Source of the DNA: the human T2T-CHM13v2.0 reference genome, Homo sapiens
Assembly (NCBI RefSeq): GCF_009914755.1
Contig: NC_060925.1
Direction: 5' to 3' (one strand)
DNA: 64,000 nucleotides
Below are positions 40,283 to 55,910 of the stretch, one piece after another. Below the pieces are notes generated by a model. That model was not told where the DNA came from, searched no databases, and saw only the letters and a list, made by a program, of their open reading frames with translations. The position numbers and the translations under genes are program-made. Within the stretch, counting starts at the first letter, position 1; every line of letters begins with the position of its first letter.

Positions 40283-40685
40283 GTGGCTGCATTTATGTGT
40301 TCACCCAACCTCACTTCCTTTTCATCCTGGACACACAGCTGACTACATTTCCCAGCCTGCCTTGCAGTTCTTTGGCTCTGTATAACTGAATTCTGGCCAA
40401 TGGAATATGAAAAGAAGTGATGTACTTCCAGAGCTAGCCCACAAAAACTTCCCACTTCATCAGCTATTTGCTCTCTTTCCCCAGCTGCTCACTGATGTCA
40501 CTTAGAGGAAGGCAGGGGCACAAGATGGGAGGACCCAGAGCTCCGGGTTCTTAAGTAAGTACATAGAACACAGCCCCTCCTGCCTCGCAGTCCCTTCATG
40601 CCAAGAAATAAAGTTGTACATAATGTCCAAGCATTGACACTTTGTGTTTGCCTGTTAAAGATGTTAACCCACCATGACAAATACA
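40283..40685 (+). mobile_element. Old MLT1 (I/J-type) LTR
   Basis: ACTACATTTCCCAGCC...TTCTGGCCAATGGAATATG...GAAGTGATG...AATACA. Confidence 0.75.
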
Positions 40686-41132
40686 CTGTTTGCAAACAAG
40701 AATCCTGATTAGTCCTGGTCTCCTTAGGTTACTTAATTTTGTCCGTGTCTTGTCATCTCAATTAACTTGTAAGTGCCTTAGAAATGAGAGCTAGGGTTTG
40801 AAATATACAGTTTTTCTTTATTTAATACCTAGCTCAGGGTATGCCTGTGGGTAAATTAGAGCCAGAAGATTATTTAGAAATATGTATTATTTCTCTCTGC
40901 CCCAGTTTCCTCTCCAACAGCATATATTTCACTAAAAAGGAAGACAGAAAGAGAAACAAACTAAGGTTTGGAGAAAGTAAAATCTTAGAAACTGAAAGAA
41001 TATCAATGGAATATAATTATATACAACTGCTGGTTCTTAAATCAGTTTTCTATATTCACTGATTAGGAAAATAAAGTTGGAAAAATATTTTCTTTTCGTC
41101 CTTCCATAGTTTCTCAATAAAAGAAACTTCAT

Positions 41133-41570
41133 TTGTCTTCTATCGCTGCATAACAACTTACTCCAAAACTTACTAGCTTAAAATAACAAACGTTTTTAAT
41201 CTCAATTCTGTGAGTCAGGAATCTGGGTGTGGTTTGGCTGAGTGTCTCTGACTTGACGTCTCACAAGGTTGTAAGCAGTCAGCTGAGGCTGCAGTCTTAT
41301 CTGAGGGCTATCAGGGGCAGGGATGGTGATCTGCTTCCGAGCTAACTCATGTGTTTGCAGGCTGTGGCCCCACAGTATGTGGGTCTCTCTATAGGACCAC
41401 CTGATAATCCGGCAGCTAGTTTTCCCCAAAGTTGGCAATACAAGAGAGAGTACCTAAGATGGAAGCTACAGATTTTTTAAATAACCTAATCTTAGAAGTG
41501 GCATAATCAATCCTGCCATGAATGCTAGCATGTAAGTATCACTGGGGGCCATCACAGAAGCTACTTACCT
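41133..41570 (-). mobile_element. MLT1 (F/G-type) LTR
   Basis: GCTGCATAACAAC...CCAAAACTTA..GCTTAAAA...TCTGTGAGTCAGGAATCTGGG. Confidence 0.75.
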
Positions 41571-41680
41571 TAGGAACGTTCTAGAATTTTTCAAAGAACC
41601 TTTATAAAGGACTATTGGAGTTTCCTGAGCTCTTTTCTATACCAGTTCTCCTCCTATTTCTTCTCCAAACCTAGCCTAAT

Positions 41681-42345
41681 ATGTCCATTTGTGCAGTGGT
41701 TCAGGATACAGAAAAAACACTTCGCTTACTTTTAAGAGAGAATTTGACATAAAGAATTGTTAACTAAGTGCTAAAGAACTATAATAACAAAAAGAGTAAC
41801 AAGTGTTAGCAATTACAGGAAATAGTTAACAACCCCTACTGCTGAGGAAACAAAAGGAGAGGTTAGAATGATTAAAAGGCAGAAACTTGAAGGATTAGCC
41901 CCAGAGCACTCGAATACAGGTCAAAAATGCATAGCAATTGCTCAGCTGGTGCTGAGGTCTCTGGGCTAGGAAGAGGAGTTCTGTGGAGCTGGAAGCCAGA
42001 CCTCTTTGGAGGAAACTCCAGCAGCTATGTTGGTGTCTCTGAGGGAATGCAACAAGGCTGCTCCTCCATGTATTGGAAAACTGCAAACTGGACTCAACTG
42101 GAAGGAAGTGCTGCTGCCAGTGTGAAGAAGCCAGCCTGAGGTGACAGAAACGGAAGCAAACAGGAAGCAGCCAGTCTTTTCTTCCTCCTCCTGTCATACG
42201 GTCTCTCTCAAGCATCCTTTGTTGTCAGGGCCTAAAAGGGAGCTGCTGACAAAGAAGGAATTTGGTTTGTAGAGTCCCAGCCCAGTGTCTCAAAACAGAG
42301 TATGGGGGTGAAAGAATTTGTAACTGAAACTGAGAGATAATATCC
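41681..42345 (-). mobile_element. ERVL LTR (LTR41/LTR52-like, tentative)
   Basis: Reverse complement GGGCTGGGACTCTACAAACC...CTGTTTGCTTCC...GGCAGCAGCAC...TTTGCAGTTTT; homologous to 49745-50418. Confidence 0.6.
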
Positions 42346-43689
42346 TCATCACTTGTACGTGAAGCCATCCCCAATTCAAGTGACAGTAATTTGGAATATT
42401 CTTTAATTTCCTTTAATGCCCCATAATAATAATGTGTTGACATCTGTACATCTCAATACAGTTCTTTCAAGCCATTATCTTGTTTAATCTTGTGAGAATG
42501 ACAAAATTCATTCTTTCCCCATTGAAGACAACAGTGCCCAAAAATGTCAATCACTTGCTGAAAGATGAACAATATACAAATGGTAGACTTGGGATTCAGT
42601 CTCTCTGATTTCAAGCCTGGGGTCTTTTTTACTATATCGTACTGTCTCCTCAAAATGTTTATCAAGAGCCCTATCCTTATTAGTAAATCCTCAATAAACT
42701 AGAAATGAATTCACGCAAACACCTTTACTTATGATCATTTAAATTCTCTTTGAGTGATAGAAATTTCTAGGATTCTCATTCATTCAACAAGTATTCAATG
42801 AGCACATTCTAGGCTATAAACTCCTAGGAGAAACCATTTTAAATAGGATAGGGTATATGCAGGAGCAGAGTCTGCATCTGGCCCTCTCACCTGCATGCTT
42901 GAAGTGGCAGAAGATAAAATCTCCCTCTCTCCTGTGTACCTTGGGCTAAGGATTCTTCTCTGGATAGCCAGGACCCAGTTGATCCTGAGCCCCCATTGCT
43001 AAAGAAATTCTCATTGTTCTTGGTTCCATTAGGTCACTCTTTGATGTCACAGGACATTTTCTAGGGAAAACATGCACCAAACTTTCCCCCTAGTAAGTGG
43101 GCAATGGCCCCACAGAAAGATTAAAGAGGAAAAAGCCCCTATTTGGAAAGCCCCAGGTGACTGGATTTCTGAGCCTGTATTTTCATTCTCCCTTCCTTAG
43201 CTCTGTGAAGATCCCTTTCTGAAGTAACCATAACCTCTAAATCCCCATAGAAGAATACAACACAAAGAGCTCTGGTCCTCCACTTAATATGCCCAAGCTT
43301 GCCACCTTGTCATCTACCACACTGGGGTGTTGCAGTGACTTTGAGCTAGAGAAGAAACTTTAACTCCTTCCAGAAAACATACTGGAGGCACACTGGGCAG
43401 GGACAGCTGAAGGCCGTAAACTTTTGTATGGGTCCTCATATTCTTAAGTACTTTGCACCATTAACAATAGTTCTCTTGGGAGGTAGAGTTACCAGGGTGC
43501 TTCCGCATTCTGTGTTTTTATATTTCTGTATTGTTTGATGGTTTAACGACCTATGATATGTGTAATTTAATAAATGTGTGTATAAGCATATATTTAAACC
43601 CTTTGGAGCTGTTATTGTTACTAAGAGAGTATGTGATACACGGAGACCAGGAGTGGGAGGGAGCTTTTGAAATCATATATAGGCCCTAC

Positions 43690-43830
43690 TACTCCAACTG
43701 TATAGCAGCATTAGCTTCACCTGGGATTCTGTTAGAAATGCAGAATCTCAGGACAACCCTGGACCTACTGAATCAGAATCTGCATTTTAACAGATGCTCA
43801 GGTGACTTATATACATATTAGCAGTTGAAA
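43690..43830. mobile_element. MER5-type MITE
   Basis: CACCTGGG...TGTTAGAAATGCAGAATCTCAGG...GACCTACTGAATCAGAATCTGCATTTTAAC. Confidence 0.85.
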
Positions 43831-45335
43831 AGCCCTCATGTCATCGAGCCAAATTCTGGATTTCACTGTGAAGGAAACAAGAGGGGTAGAGGGAATCACT
43901 TGCCAAAAGTTCACACAGCCTATCAGCACCAGAAGTAGGACTCCAGTTCCCATCTTTAGAATCCCAATAATCATGACTTCAGGCTGCCTCTCCAGCTTGC
44001 AGTCTTCCTAGAAGCCAGGCTTATTTTTCTGTACTTTATAAGAAAATGTCTTCTAAGTCTCAGGGTAACATGGAAGGTGAGTCTTAGTCCTTTAATACAG
44101 CTCAATACTGCTAGGTAAGTTAAGGCACTGGCAGGCTGGGAACTGGGCTCACCAGCCCTGGATTAGGCCCTGAATCATATTCTCATAGTGTTTGAGAGAA
44201 AGCTCAAAGTGGATTTAGGAACAAGTGAGGGTGAAAAAACAGGTAAAGCTAGTGATGTCAGGGCATCTCTGGAAATTCAGGGAGGGGCAGAGGAAAGGTT
44301 TGGGAATCCCTTACGTATCGCTTGGCATTTATACAGGTGGCAGATGAGTCAAATGGTGGCTGGTGTGTTATGGAGAAGGGAATTGCCTATAATTGAGTTG
44401 CGAGTGCTCGTACAAATGCTAAGCAGGCCAGCTGTTTACAGAGTTTGAATTCTGCTCTCTCACGCAGATGGAATCATCCCAGCTTGTTGGCATGTCTGGG
44501 GTATATAGTGTTGCCCCCTCCTCTTGATCTGAAAACATGCTCAGATTGGGGTATGTCTGATTCAAGAAAGGGCTGAGTTCAGCATCAATCAGCAAAGGGG
44601 CCAGAACATAAGAGGGCTCCCCAGGGCCCCAGAGCTGGAGTTGAGTCTTTGCCTGAGACGTTGGGAGATACCAAGGCCAAAGGTGCAGGCTGAGTGAAAA
44701 ATACACAGTAAAGGCAAAGTACTAAGCATCAGAAGTTCTGCCTGAAAATTAGCTCACAGGGCAGGGAATGTGCACCAGGGAGAAGCAGCCAGTAGGCAAG
44801 AATGATGTGGTTAATAGCTAAGAGGTGGGTTATGGAGAAAAGTGCAATTCTGGCTTCACCAGCCTCTGGCTATGTGACCTTGGGTGAGTGACTTCTTTCA
44901 AAGGCATCACACATCCAATTAATGGATAATTATCTCAAGGTAATGTCATATCTTTTTGTTTAATGAAACACTGACTCTTGTAAAAAGTCGAATGTAAAGT
45001 CACTCCCTCTTTTCTGAAGCACAGTTTTGTTTTTTTTTAAAGGGGGAAAAAACAAAAACAAATGTTGCCTTTTATTCAGACACACAGATGAACTTACTCA
45101 AGGTTTTAGTTAATAAGTGATAGAGTGGGATTCAACACAGTCTCACATCAGAGTCCAAATTCAAGCACAAAGCTGTGGTGTGCATCATCATCAGGACTAA
45201 GTTTAGGCATCACCTGCCCAGGCCTTCCCTGAGCAGCCCAGGCCCTCCCTGAGCAGCGCATCCCCTTCCCCATGCGTATGTATGGCCCCTGTGAGCAGCC
45301 CTGCTCTGCCTTCCCCAGGGCTGTGGGCTTCCCTC

Positions 45336-45896
45336 TGTAAGGGAGGAAAAATGCCTTTTCCTCACCATCCTGGGTTCAGGACTGAAGCTCCTCTAACAAA
45401 AGACGGATTATGAGAGAAAAACATACTCATTTATTTAATGTGATTTATATATATTTATCAATATATTTAACATTTTATGTGACATGGCAGCCTTCATAAG
45501 GAAATGAGGACCCAAAGAAACAGTTAAATCTGAATATTTTTATGCTAGGTTTGATGAAGTATAGACAGCCATAGAGAAATATGATAAGGCAAAAATGGTA
45601 TGATCTAATGGGAATAAATTGAGGAAACTTATCAAGGCTGGTTGTTCAGATTCTTCTCTGTATCCCTGTGTCTTCAGAAATCAAAATGTTCCCTTCCTCC
45701 ACGTATAAGGAAGGCACCTCTCACAGGGAAGTCTTATGATTTGCTTAAGGGAAGGCCAAAAATTCTTTCCTAGGTTTTAAGACCCACTTCAGGGGAGAAG
45801 AGCACAGGAAAGTCAGAGTCCCCTTCCTGCCTTTGCTGTTTTCTTCAGTATGCCCAGGTGCCATATTTTGGGGGTAGTGTGTCCTGAATCCCATCA
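45336..45896 (-). mobile_element. Solo ERV1 LTR (MER34-like, tentative)
   Basis: TG...CA termini; reverse complement starts TGATGGGATTCAGGACACACTACCCCCAAAATATGGCACC; flanks CCTC/CCTG. Confidence 0.7.
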
Positions 45897-46589
45897 CCTG
45901 ACAGAACTTAGCACACTGAGTTGTAAATTGCATAGGTGATCCTTCGAGTGTCAACTGTGTCAACTGAGCTGTAACCACAGCACTTAATGCTGCAGCTGAC
46001 ACATAATAAATGCTCAAAAATATCTATTGATTAGCTATATACCTTCAGGATTTGAAAAGTTTACTATGCCAGATAAGGTGGATTGGCAGTCAAAATACAT
46101 CTTATCTTCTTTCTAGTATGTATCCCCAATGTGAAATCTAGAGAGAAATAAGATATGTCCTAGACTCTCTCACAGCTAAGCCAGCTAAGCAATGGGTGAG
46201 AACTAGGCTTGGCCAGTCAGATGCAGGAGCACAAATTCTGGAATGGAGGAGTGAGGGGACACACTTCTGCTGCCTCTACTGCATCTGTGGCCAACATAGT
46301 TGTGAGAGTGATTGGTTTTTCTGCAGCCCCATCAGTGGAGGGCCCAGTGCTGGGTCACTTGCTTTGTGGGGACCAGGAGGCAAGGCACTGAACATCCATT
46401 CTGTTGGTACAGACTGTATCATACATAACATAGCTCTTCCAGGTTAGGGCAGTGCTGAGGTAGTTTTGTAACCAAAGCTTCCATTTCACAGGAGGTCCAA
46501 GGAAAAAAATAGAAGATCCCTGTATTGCCCAGGGCTTTGGAATGATTTATAAAAGCTCAATTCTACAAGTTATTTTAATACTAATATAT

Positions 46590-47025
46590 TTTAATTAGGA
46601 CATTGTGTTGGCTGACTTACCAAGATAAATAATGGACACTTAAACAAAGTAAAAGTTTTTTTTCTCTCTCACATAAAATTATAAGCTGGTAGGCAGTCCA
46701 GGGGAATATAGTAGCTCTATCTCCCAAAGATATTCAATGACTTAGTTTTCTTCTTTCTTGGTGTCCTATTAACCTCTAGAGTGTTTCCCACCTGAAGCTT
46801 TTTCCCATCACCAGATCCCATCATCCAGTATGTGGGAAGTAGGGGAGTAGAAATGGAAGGCAAGCAGCCTCCTTTTAAGGAAATGACTTAACACTTATGT
46901 GTTACTTTTACACACATCCCCATTGCCATAATTTATCCACAGGACCATATCTATCAGCCAGTGGATTGGCAAATGTAATTGCAATGTAGGCAGCCACATA
47001 AATGCCCAGCTAAAACGTGGAAGGG
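46590..47025 (-). mobile_element. Old MLT1 (K/L-type) LTR
   Basis: CTTAAACAAAGTAAAAGTTT...GGTAGGCAGTCCAGGG...CCTCCTTTTAAGG...CACATCCCATTGCCA. Confidence 0.6.
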
Positions 47026-47606
47026 GATAAAGTCCTAGTCTTGAAAGGAAGGAAATGGATATTGGTGAATAATAGTCTCCTGCATAGTTGACCAAAAAAA
47101 AAAAAATTCTGTCCACCTTAAACTAGCTAGAAGAATTAAATATACTTACTCTCTGCAACTGAAAACTGTTACAGTTACTTAAACTGATATCAAGAGGGGC
47201 TTTCACCTTGTGTTGGGATAGAATTAAGCAGTAGATGTGGAGCCCACTTTGTATCCTAAAAGTCTCATTAGCAAAATGAAAAGTAACATAGAATTAAAAT
47301 GTGGCTTTTGAGAAACATATAATGCAGTTGAAAAATCTAAGTTAACACACAAGAATGGCCTTGCAAAAAAAAAACAAATAAAAAAACTGAGTGTTACACC
47401 TGAAGGTGAGGTGAACAAAGAAGTCTTAGCCTGACATGTAAGTAGTGTTGATAGAAAATAAAGATTTCAGGTCATGGGATACTGCATAACCAATTCTATT
47501 TTCGAAGAGGGTGACAGAAAATATAGGCAGCTCCTTGTTACAAGTAAAATTTAGCTGAGAGGCAGGTGCTAATATTTGTCAGGTGCTTATATTTCCAAAC
47601 ACAGTT

Positions 47607-48130
47607 CAGTAGTCCCCCCTTATTTGCAGTTTTGCTTTTGGCAGTTTCAGTTGTGGTCCAAAATATTACATGGAAAATTATATAAATAGACAATTCCTAA
47701 GTTTTAAATTGTGTGCCATTCTGTGTAGCATGATGAAATCTCACATAGTCCCACCTGGGTCTTGAATCATCCCTTTGTCCAATGTATCCACACTGTATAT
47801 ACTTCCTGCCTGTTAGCGACTTAGTAGCCATCTCAGTTATCAGATCAACTGTTACATTATATCACAGTGCTTGTGTTCAAGTAACCCTTATTTTTCTTAA
47901 TAATGGCATCAAAGTGCAAGAGTAGTGATGCTGGAATATTGTTATAATTTATTTTATTACTAGCTATTACTGTTAATTTCTTACTGTACCTAATTTATAA
48001 ATTAAACTTTATCATTGATATATGTGTATAGGAAAAACTCTAATATATAGAAAGTTCAGTAATATCTATGGTTTCAGGCAGCCACTGAGGATCTTAGAAT
48101 GTATTTCCCAAGGATAAGGGGGGACTACTG
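47607..48130. mobile_element. MER44 (Tigger-derived, MER44B-sized) DNA transposon
   Basis: Terminal inverted repeats CAGTAGTCCCCCCTTAT...ATAAGGGGGGACTACTG. Confidence 0.9.
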
Positions 48131-48541
48131 TCCTACATATTCACTTAAATTTGTATTTTTCCATTAGCATCTGTGAATATGAATACCTCAATACACCCTC
48201 CAGCACCCAATAAAGAAGGCATTATTATTACCATTATAGTTGAGGAAGCTGAAACAATGAGAATAAGCAAAGCAACTTTCCCAGGGTTATCTGGGTCATG
48301 TAAGTGGTAGGGCTGGGTTTCACACCCAGGCAATCTGTAGCCTATGCTCTTCAGCACTTCTATATATGTTTTCCATGCTTACCTGTGACTACAGTTTCCC
48401 TGTTTTGTCCCCTAAGACAACCACTACCAGCTCCAGATAGAAGACTTGAAAATGCACCAAAGAATCTGGACAGTCAGTAGGTGACGTTGTATATGACTAG
48501 TTACTATGAATAAAAAAGCAACAAGACTTCATCAACGCTTA

Positions 48542-48897
<356 letters not shown>

Positions 48898-49744
48898 TAA
48901 GATGTGGTCCCTGCCCTTGAAGAACTTAAATATTCCCTAAAAGTAATATGAGGTACACAACCATTAATCTGGGGGCTAGATAAAAACCTACAAATTCCTT
49001 AACAAATAATTAAGGAGTAATGACTCTACACCAGACCCATGGTTTTATGAGACAAAAAAACTGACAGGATTTCTGCCTTCCTAAGGCTCAAAGTGCAATG
49101 GCTGAGATAGATATTTAGTAGTTACAAATAAAACACACAAGTGCATTAAATTGTATGTAAATATTTACAGTGTGCAGTAAGAAAAATGGCAGGGGGGTGT
49201 TTGCTTAGACTTTTAGATGATGCAATAAAATAGATAAAAATAGATATTTCAAAGCTCAAAAGTTAGAGAAGGGAAAACCCTACATTGCATCAATAAAGGT
49301 CCAGCCAAGAGACAGAAATATCAGAGAATGGAAAAGGTATGTTTAGTCTCAGCTTTGAAAAATGAAGAGGAATTAGACTGAGAATTGGGGAAGAAGATTT
49401 TGTACCAAGGGAGCAGCAAGTCTAGAGTCCCTCAGGTGGCACAGAGCTCTGTGAATTTAAAGAACTCCATGAGGGCTGCTGTAGCCAGGATATAGCGATT
49501 GAGGGAAAGAGTGGTTTAGGCAAGGCTGGAGACATTGGAAACCAAACAAGGTCTTGCAAACCGATCAAGGAGTTTAAGTAGCTGCAAGTGCAGTAGGAAT
49601 CCATTGTAGGTTTAGAAAGAGAAATGATTTACGATTAAGACAATCACTCTGGTTGCAGTAGGCATGGTTTATAGATTTAAGACTGAAATAAGGAAAACCA
49701 ATTAAAAGCTTTTGCAGTACTCCAGGTCTTTGGATGCTAAATTT

Positions 49745-50418
49745 CAGATACTTTTCACAAACCACAACGTGTACTTCGAGATGCTGCAGCTAGAACACTG
49801 CAAACCACATTTCAGCTTGACTAGCTAGTTACCTGCTGAGCTCAGCCCATGGGGGCCACAGCAGGAGGCTGCACACCCGGAGGAGAGAAAGAAGCGATTG
49901 TTCCTTTCTGTTTGCTTCCTCCTTTCTGTTTACTTCCCGTTCCTATGTTCATAAGCAATGTCTCTTCACCATGGCAGCAGCAGTTGTTTCAGGAGCAATG
50001 GTTAAATCCAATTTGCAGTTTTTCTAACACTCACAGAAACAGCCTCATTGTGCCCCCTCAGTGACACTAACCAATCTGAGCCCCCTCCTCAGAGATCTGG
50101 GTCCCAGACCAATGAGACTTGTCCTTCAAACTCAGAAACACTATCATCAGCCGGGCAGTGTCCCTTCTCAGAATCTGAGTTTCATCTCTGCAGGGCCTTC
50201 TCTCCCATATTTCTAAGTTTTAATAATGCCAACCTCTTTCTTTGGTTGTCCCAGTCCCAGAGGCAGCCGCTTCCTGTAATTGTTGGCTCCATGATACCTT
50301 AGCATTCTCTTTTTGCCATTTTGGTTGTTGAGTTCCCAGGCAGCAATTCTCTATATTATATTCTCCATGTTAAAATAACTGGTATGGTTTCTCTCTCGGC
50401 TGGACCTTTACTGATGTA
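49745..50418 (+). mobile_element. ERVL LTR, same family as 41681-42345
   Basis: CTGCAAACCACATTTC...CTGTTTGCTTCC...GGCAGCAGCAG...TTTGCAGTTTTT...CTGGTATGGTTTCT...ACTGAT. Confidence 0.6.
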
Positions 50419-51967
50419 ATGTAGGATTTTCCCTTCTCTAACTTTTGAGTTTTGAAATATCTATTTTTATTGTATCATCTAAACGTCTAACCAAATAAAA
50501 GGGCAGACCCAGCCATGGAATAAGTATAAGCTTTGTAATCAGAAAAACAGCAGAGCTACTTACTGGAAGTATGACTGTGGGTCTGACCCTTAACCTTTAT
50601 AAGTCTTAGTTTCTGCATCTATAGAATAGGTGCAGTAAACCTCTACTTCAAATGGTCATTGTGATGGACTGGCACAGGCCAGGCACATATTAGGTAAACA
50701 ATTTGTGGCAGCTATTATTATTAAAGTATCTCTCATAGAAAGTGTTTTATTTTAGATAATTTATTCAACAAATATTTTAGAACATGCCCTGTAAGTGTTT
50801 TCTTCCTGTTCTCTCCTGCCCCCCTGCAGGTGCCTCTGACTCATGACTTCCTCTCTCATAAGTGTTCCTCGAAGTTTCCTCCCTACACGTTTACTTGCCT
50901 CCATGTCGTCTCTCCAAAACCAGAATCTTCACAGGGTCAGGAAGAAAGCACTCAACACAATATCCAACATTTTGTATAGATCCAATCATCATTTGTTGAC
51001 TAACCTCTGCTTGCTAACTGTTCACTACGGCTTTGTCTGGCTTCATACATCCTCTGAATGCCTTGGCCTCCCTTGGGATACCTCATGATGGGGCCAAAGC
51101 ATCAGGACAAAAGAGCAGAGCAGAAAACATGCAAAGAAGACACTTCCCACCACACTCCACGGCTTCCTATTCTCAAGGCCAGTGGCACTTCAGCAAGCTG
51201 CTTCCCTTTAACTCTGTCCAGCTGGAGCCCTCTTCTCAGCCGCCCAGGGCTGGTAGCGAAGGCCCATTCGCAGTTGATTAAGGAGTAATTAGCAAGCCCA
51301 GTCAGGATCATTAGCATTTCTATGTTCCCACTTGTAAATAATAACTGGTTTGAGTGAGGTGATTAAAAAAAAAAGAACAGCTGGTGGGAGATTTTAGAAA
51401 TTTACCTACAGGTCCAGCTGAAGTGCCCACTGGGAACCCTTGGGAGCCTCAGTAGTCCAAACACCAGACAGATGCCCTCTCCCTGCCCCAAAACTATCCT
51501 TAGAGGGAACAATTGCAGGGACATCTACACCCTCCCTATAGCACGAAAGTACAAATGTCTCCTCTCCTAGTAAGAGAGGGCATGGTCATAATAGAGAGGG
51601 GAAAAAAAAAAAGAAAAGAAAAGAAAAGAAAGAAAAAACCCAGATTTTGGAGTTAGGCAGACATGACTTGAAAACTCAGCTTCTACACTTACTAGTTTGG
51701 TGACCTTGGGCAAGTATCAGCTTCTTTATCAGAAACATACTCTTTGTCCTTATGGATGGAGTCTTTCTTTCTTTCTTTTTTGTAAACAAATCAAGACGGT
51801 ATTCAACAGTAAACAGATGAGTAGTTTGTTCAAGGAAAAGACAGGAGAGATGAGCAGGTGGAGCCCATGGAATCTTTAGGGCAGTAACACAGTAATCTAT
51901 ATGATACTGTAATGGCCAATACACAACATCATGCATTTGTCAAAACCCATAGAATATATCCAAAAGA

Positions 51968-52770
<803 letters not shown>

Positions 52771-53719
52771 TTTTTTAAAACAGAGAACAGATTGTGTAAG
52801 TCATTGTAGTTGAGGAAGAAAATATATTTATTTCAATTAAGAGATCTAGCCTTAAATTTTGCCTTTGCCAGTTGGCAGCCTTGTGACTTTGGACAAGTTA
52901 AATAACCCCCCTGAGCCTCAGCTTTCTCATTTGTAAAATTTAATTAGAAATACCCTCAATTATCTACTTTCACGGGGTTCTTACAAGCGTTAAGTTTTAT
53001 AATGTACCTTAAATTTTAATAAATTGTAAAATTTACACCTCAAGAAAACCCACAAAAAGCCATAGGATGTACATCACAAAGAGTGAGCCTCAGTGTAAAC
53101 TATGGACTTGACTTAGTAATAATGTAATATTGGTTCATCCATTGTAACAAACGTAGTACACTAATGCAAGATGTTTGTAATAGGGAAAACTAGGTGAAGG
53201 TAGAGAAGAGTATACAGGAACTTTGTACTTTCTGTTCAATTCCACTGTACACCTAAACCAGTCTAGAAAAAAATCAAGTCTACTAGTGATTCTTTTTTTC
53301 AAGGAATACTTGACTATTCCTTACCCCAAATAGCCTAGCCCAATGCCTTTCAAACTTTAACGTACATGTTAGTCACCTGTACTGCAGGTGACTTTGTAGG
53401 TCTAGAGTGGTGCCTGAGATTCTTTCTGCCTTTCTAACAAGGAACGCCGCTGATCCATAACAACACTTGGAGCAGCAAGTCTCAAGACTGAAGCAGTAAT
53501 TGTCTAAGTAAAGCGACTGGAAATGATGGGTACTTCACAAAGTGGGACACTTGCTAATAGGATTCCCTTCCCTACCATTGTTCAGTAACCTTAGGATCAA
53601 AAGAGGCCCTAACACTGGGCTCTGCGATTAGCTAAATGAATACCCCAAACGTCAGGGACTTTGCACTTAAAAGACAACTGGATCCATTTAGGAATAATTC
53701 CCAGATAAGACTCAAGTCA

Positions 53720-54049
<330 letters not shown>

Positions 54050-54322
54050 TTAAATTTGAATTTCAGATAAGCAACAATAATTTTTTAGTATATGTCCCAC
54101 ATAAGCATGTTCCCCCAGGAACCAATTCACTTAACCAAGAGAATGCCTCTCTTTGGTCACTTTCTTGTCCTCCCCTTCTTCAGGAGCAAGTGACCAGTAA
54201 TGTCCGTGTGAATGGAAATACTGAGCAAGTATAGGAAATGCTGCTATTCATTTCTATCAAATTACTATTAACATGGTGTACCTGACTTCATAGTTTACAA
54301 AACACTTTTACATCTTTTAGTC

Positions 54323-54475
54323 TAGTGTTTGTCAAACTTTGACATGTATGCAGATCACCTGGGGGATCATGTTAAAAATGCAGATTTGGGCTCAGCAGTT
54401 CTGAGGGTTCACATCTCTAACAAGCTCCAGGGAGTCTGATATTGCTGTTCTGTGGCTCATATTTTGAACAGCAAA
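54323..54475. mobile_element. MER5-type MITE
   Basis: TCAAACTTT...GATCACCTGGGG...TGTTAAAAATGCAGATT...CTAACAAGCTCC. Confidence 0.7.
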
Positions 54476-55259
54476 GGTTTAGATATTCCCAGATGATAGA
54501 TAGTCTGTATCACCCCCATTTTATAGTTAAAGAAACTAAGGCTTAGATTACATAGACATTCTCAGGTATACGCAGAGATGGAGGAGGAAGGGGCGTGGAG
54601 CGAAAGCAAAACTCACCAAGATGTATGTCAGGCTCTACCATATATCTGCCTCTGCAGAGGAGAGAAACCCTGGGTCTGCATCCCTTTTCAGTCCTTTGCA
54701 GGCTGCGTGATCTTGGAATAATTATTTGGCCTCTCTGAATCTCTGTTATCTCAAAAGTAAAGAGGTAGGGTACACCTCTCAGAGGCTTCCATGAGAGGCT
54801 AATGAGATCTGTGAAATGTTTATATTCTGTAACAGGATACAAGCAGTAATAATTGTTTTATTATTATTATTAAATCCTGAATACAGCCCTTTAGAAGGTT
54901 GTTCTAAGTAGTTTACATGTATTCACTACTCCTCACAACACCCTTGAAAACTAGGTACTATTGCTATCATCTGCCTTTTACAGTAAACTGAGTCATATAG
55001 AGGTTACATGAACTGGCCAAGGTTACAGAACTAGTAGGAGCAAGATATGGACTCTGGCAGTCTGCTTTAAAGCCTATGCTCTTAATCTCTAGCTATGTTA
55101 CTTCTCTCTGGGAATTATCCCCATCTCTCCCCCTGCTGGTTTTATAGATAAGGAAAATGTGGTTCAGAGAATATGATTTTTCATATTCTCTGTCATATAT
55201 ATTCTCTGTCAGTCATATAGCAAGACTGTAAATGTGATGAGAGCTCAGGCCACAGACAA

Positions 55260-55361
55260 GTACCTACTGAGTGCCATGCAGTGCTGAGGGGGAGGTACCT
55301 ACTGTGTGCCATGCAGCACTGAGGGGGAGGTATCTACTGTGTGCCATGCAGCACTGAGGGG
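55260..55361. repeat. 35-bp minisatellite x3
   Basis: GTACCTACTGTGTGCCATGCAGCACTGAGGGGGAG units starting at 55260, 55295 and 55330. Confidence 0.95.
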
Positions 55362-55664
55362 AAGAGGAAGCCTGGATCTACAGAATGAGCGAGGAGAGAT
55401 GGGCTGGGCAAGGGGAGAGGGGCCACGACTCAATTTGGCAACTTTAGTATAACCTTCTTTGTCAGGTAACCCTACTGATGCTTTGGGAAAGGTAACCAGT
55501 GACTTCCGAATAACTATGAAGCTCTGAACCTGCTTTCAGGAGGTGAGGGTGGCAGGACATCAGACTCTAGGAAGGAGTGACTGAACTGAACAGATGAGCT
55601 GCTCAGCCTGGTCAGCTGGTGTTTGCAGGGTGATCTAGGAAAGAGTTCCTGACTCCAACCATGC

Positions 55665-55910
55665 TAAGAGCAGTGGACTCAGACTCAAACTTGTGTTTGA
55701 GTCTTAACTCTCCCTCTTATTACTAAATGACCCTGGGCCTGTGACTTGACCTCTCCGTGCCTTGGTTTCCTCATCTGTAAAATAGGGATAACAATTGCAC
55801 CTATTCCAGAGTTGTTGGAGGATACATGCGATCACTCATTTTTATTATTGTGAAATAAGAGATCTCAGGAAAGCATTTACCACGGTGCCTCAAGTAAGCT
55901 CTCAATCAAC
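55665..55910 (+). mobile_element. MIR SINE
   Basis: GACTTGACCTCTCCGTGCCTTGGTTTCCTCATCTGTAAAATAGGGATAAC. Confidence 0.85.

Noticed and set aside
55260-55361. 35-bp repeats as a CRISPR-like array
   Set aside because: Units are head-to-tail with no unique spacers, the DNA is primate, and there are no cas genes.
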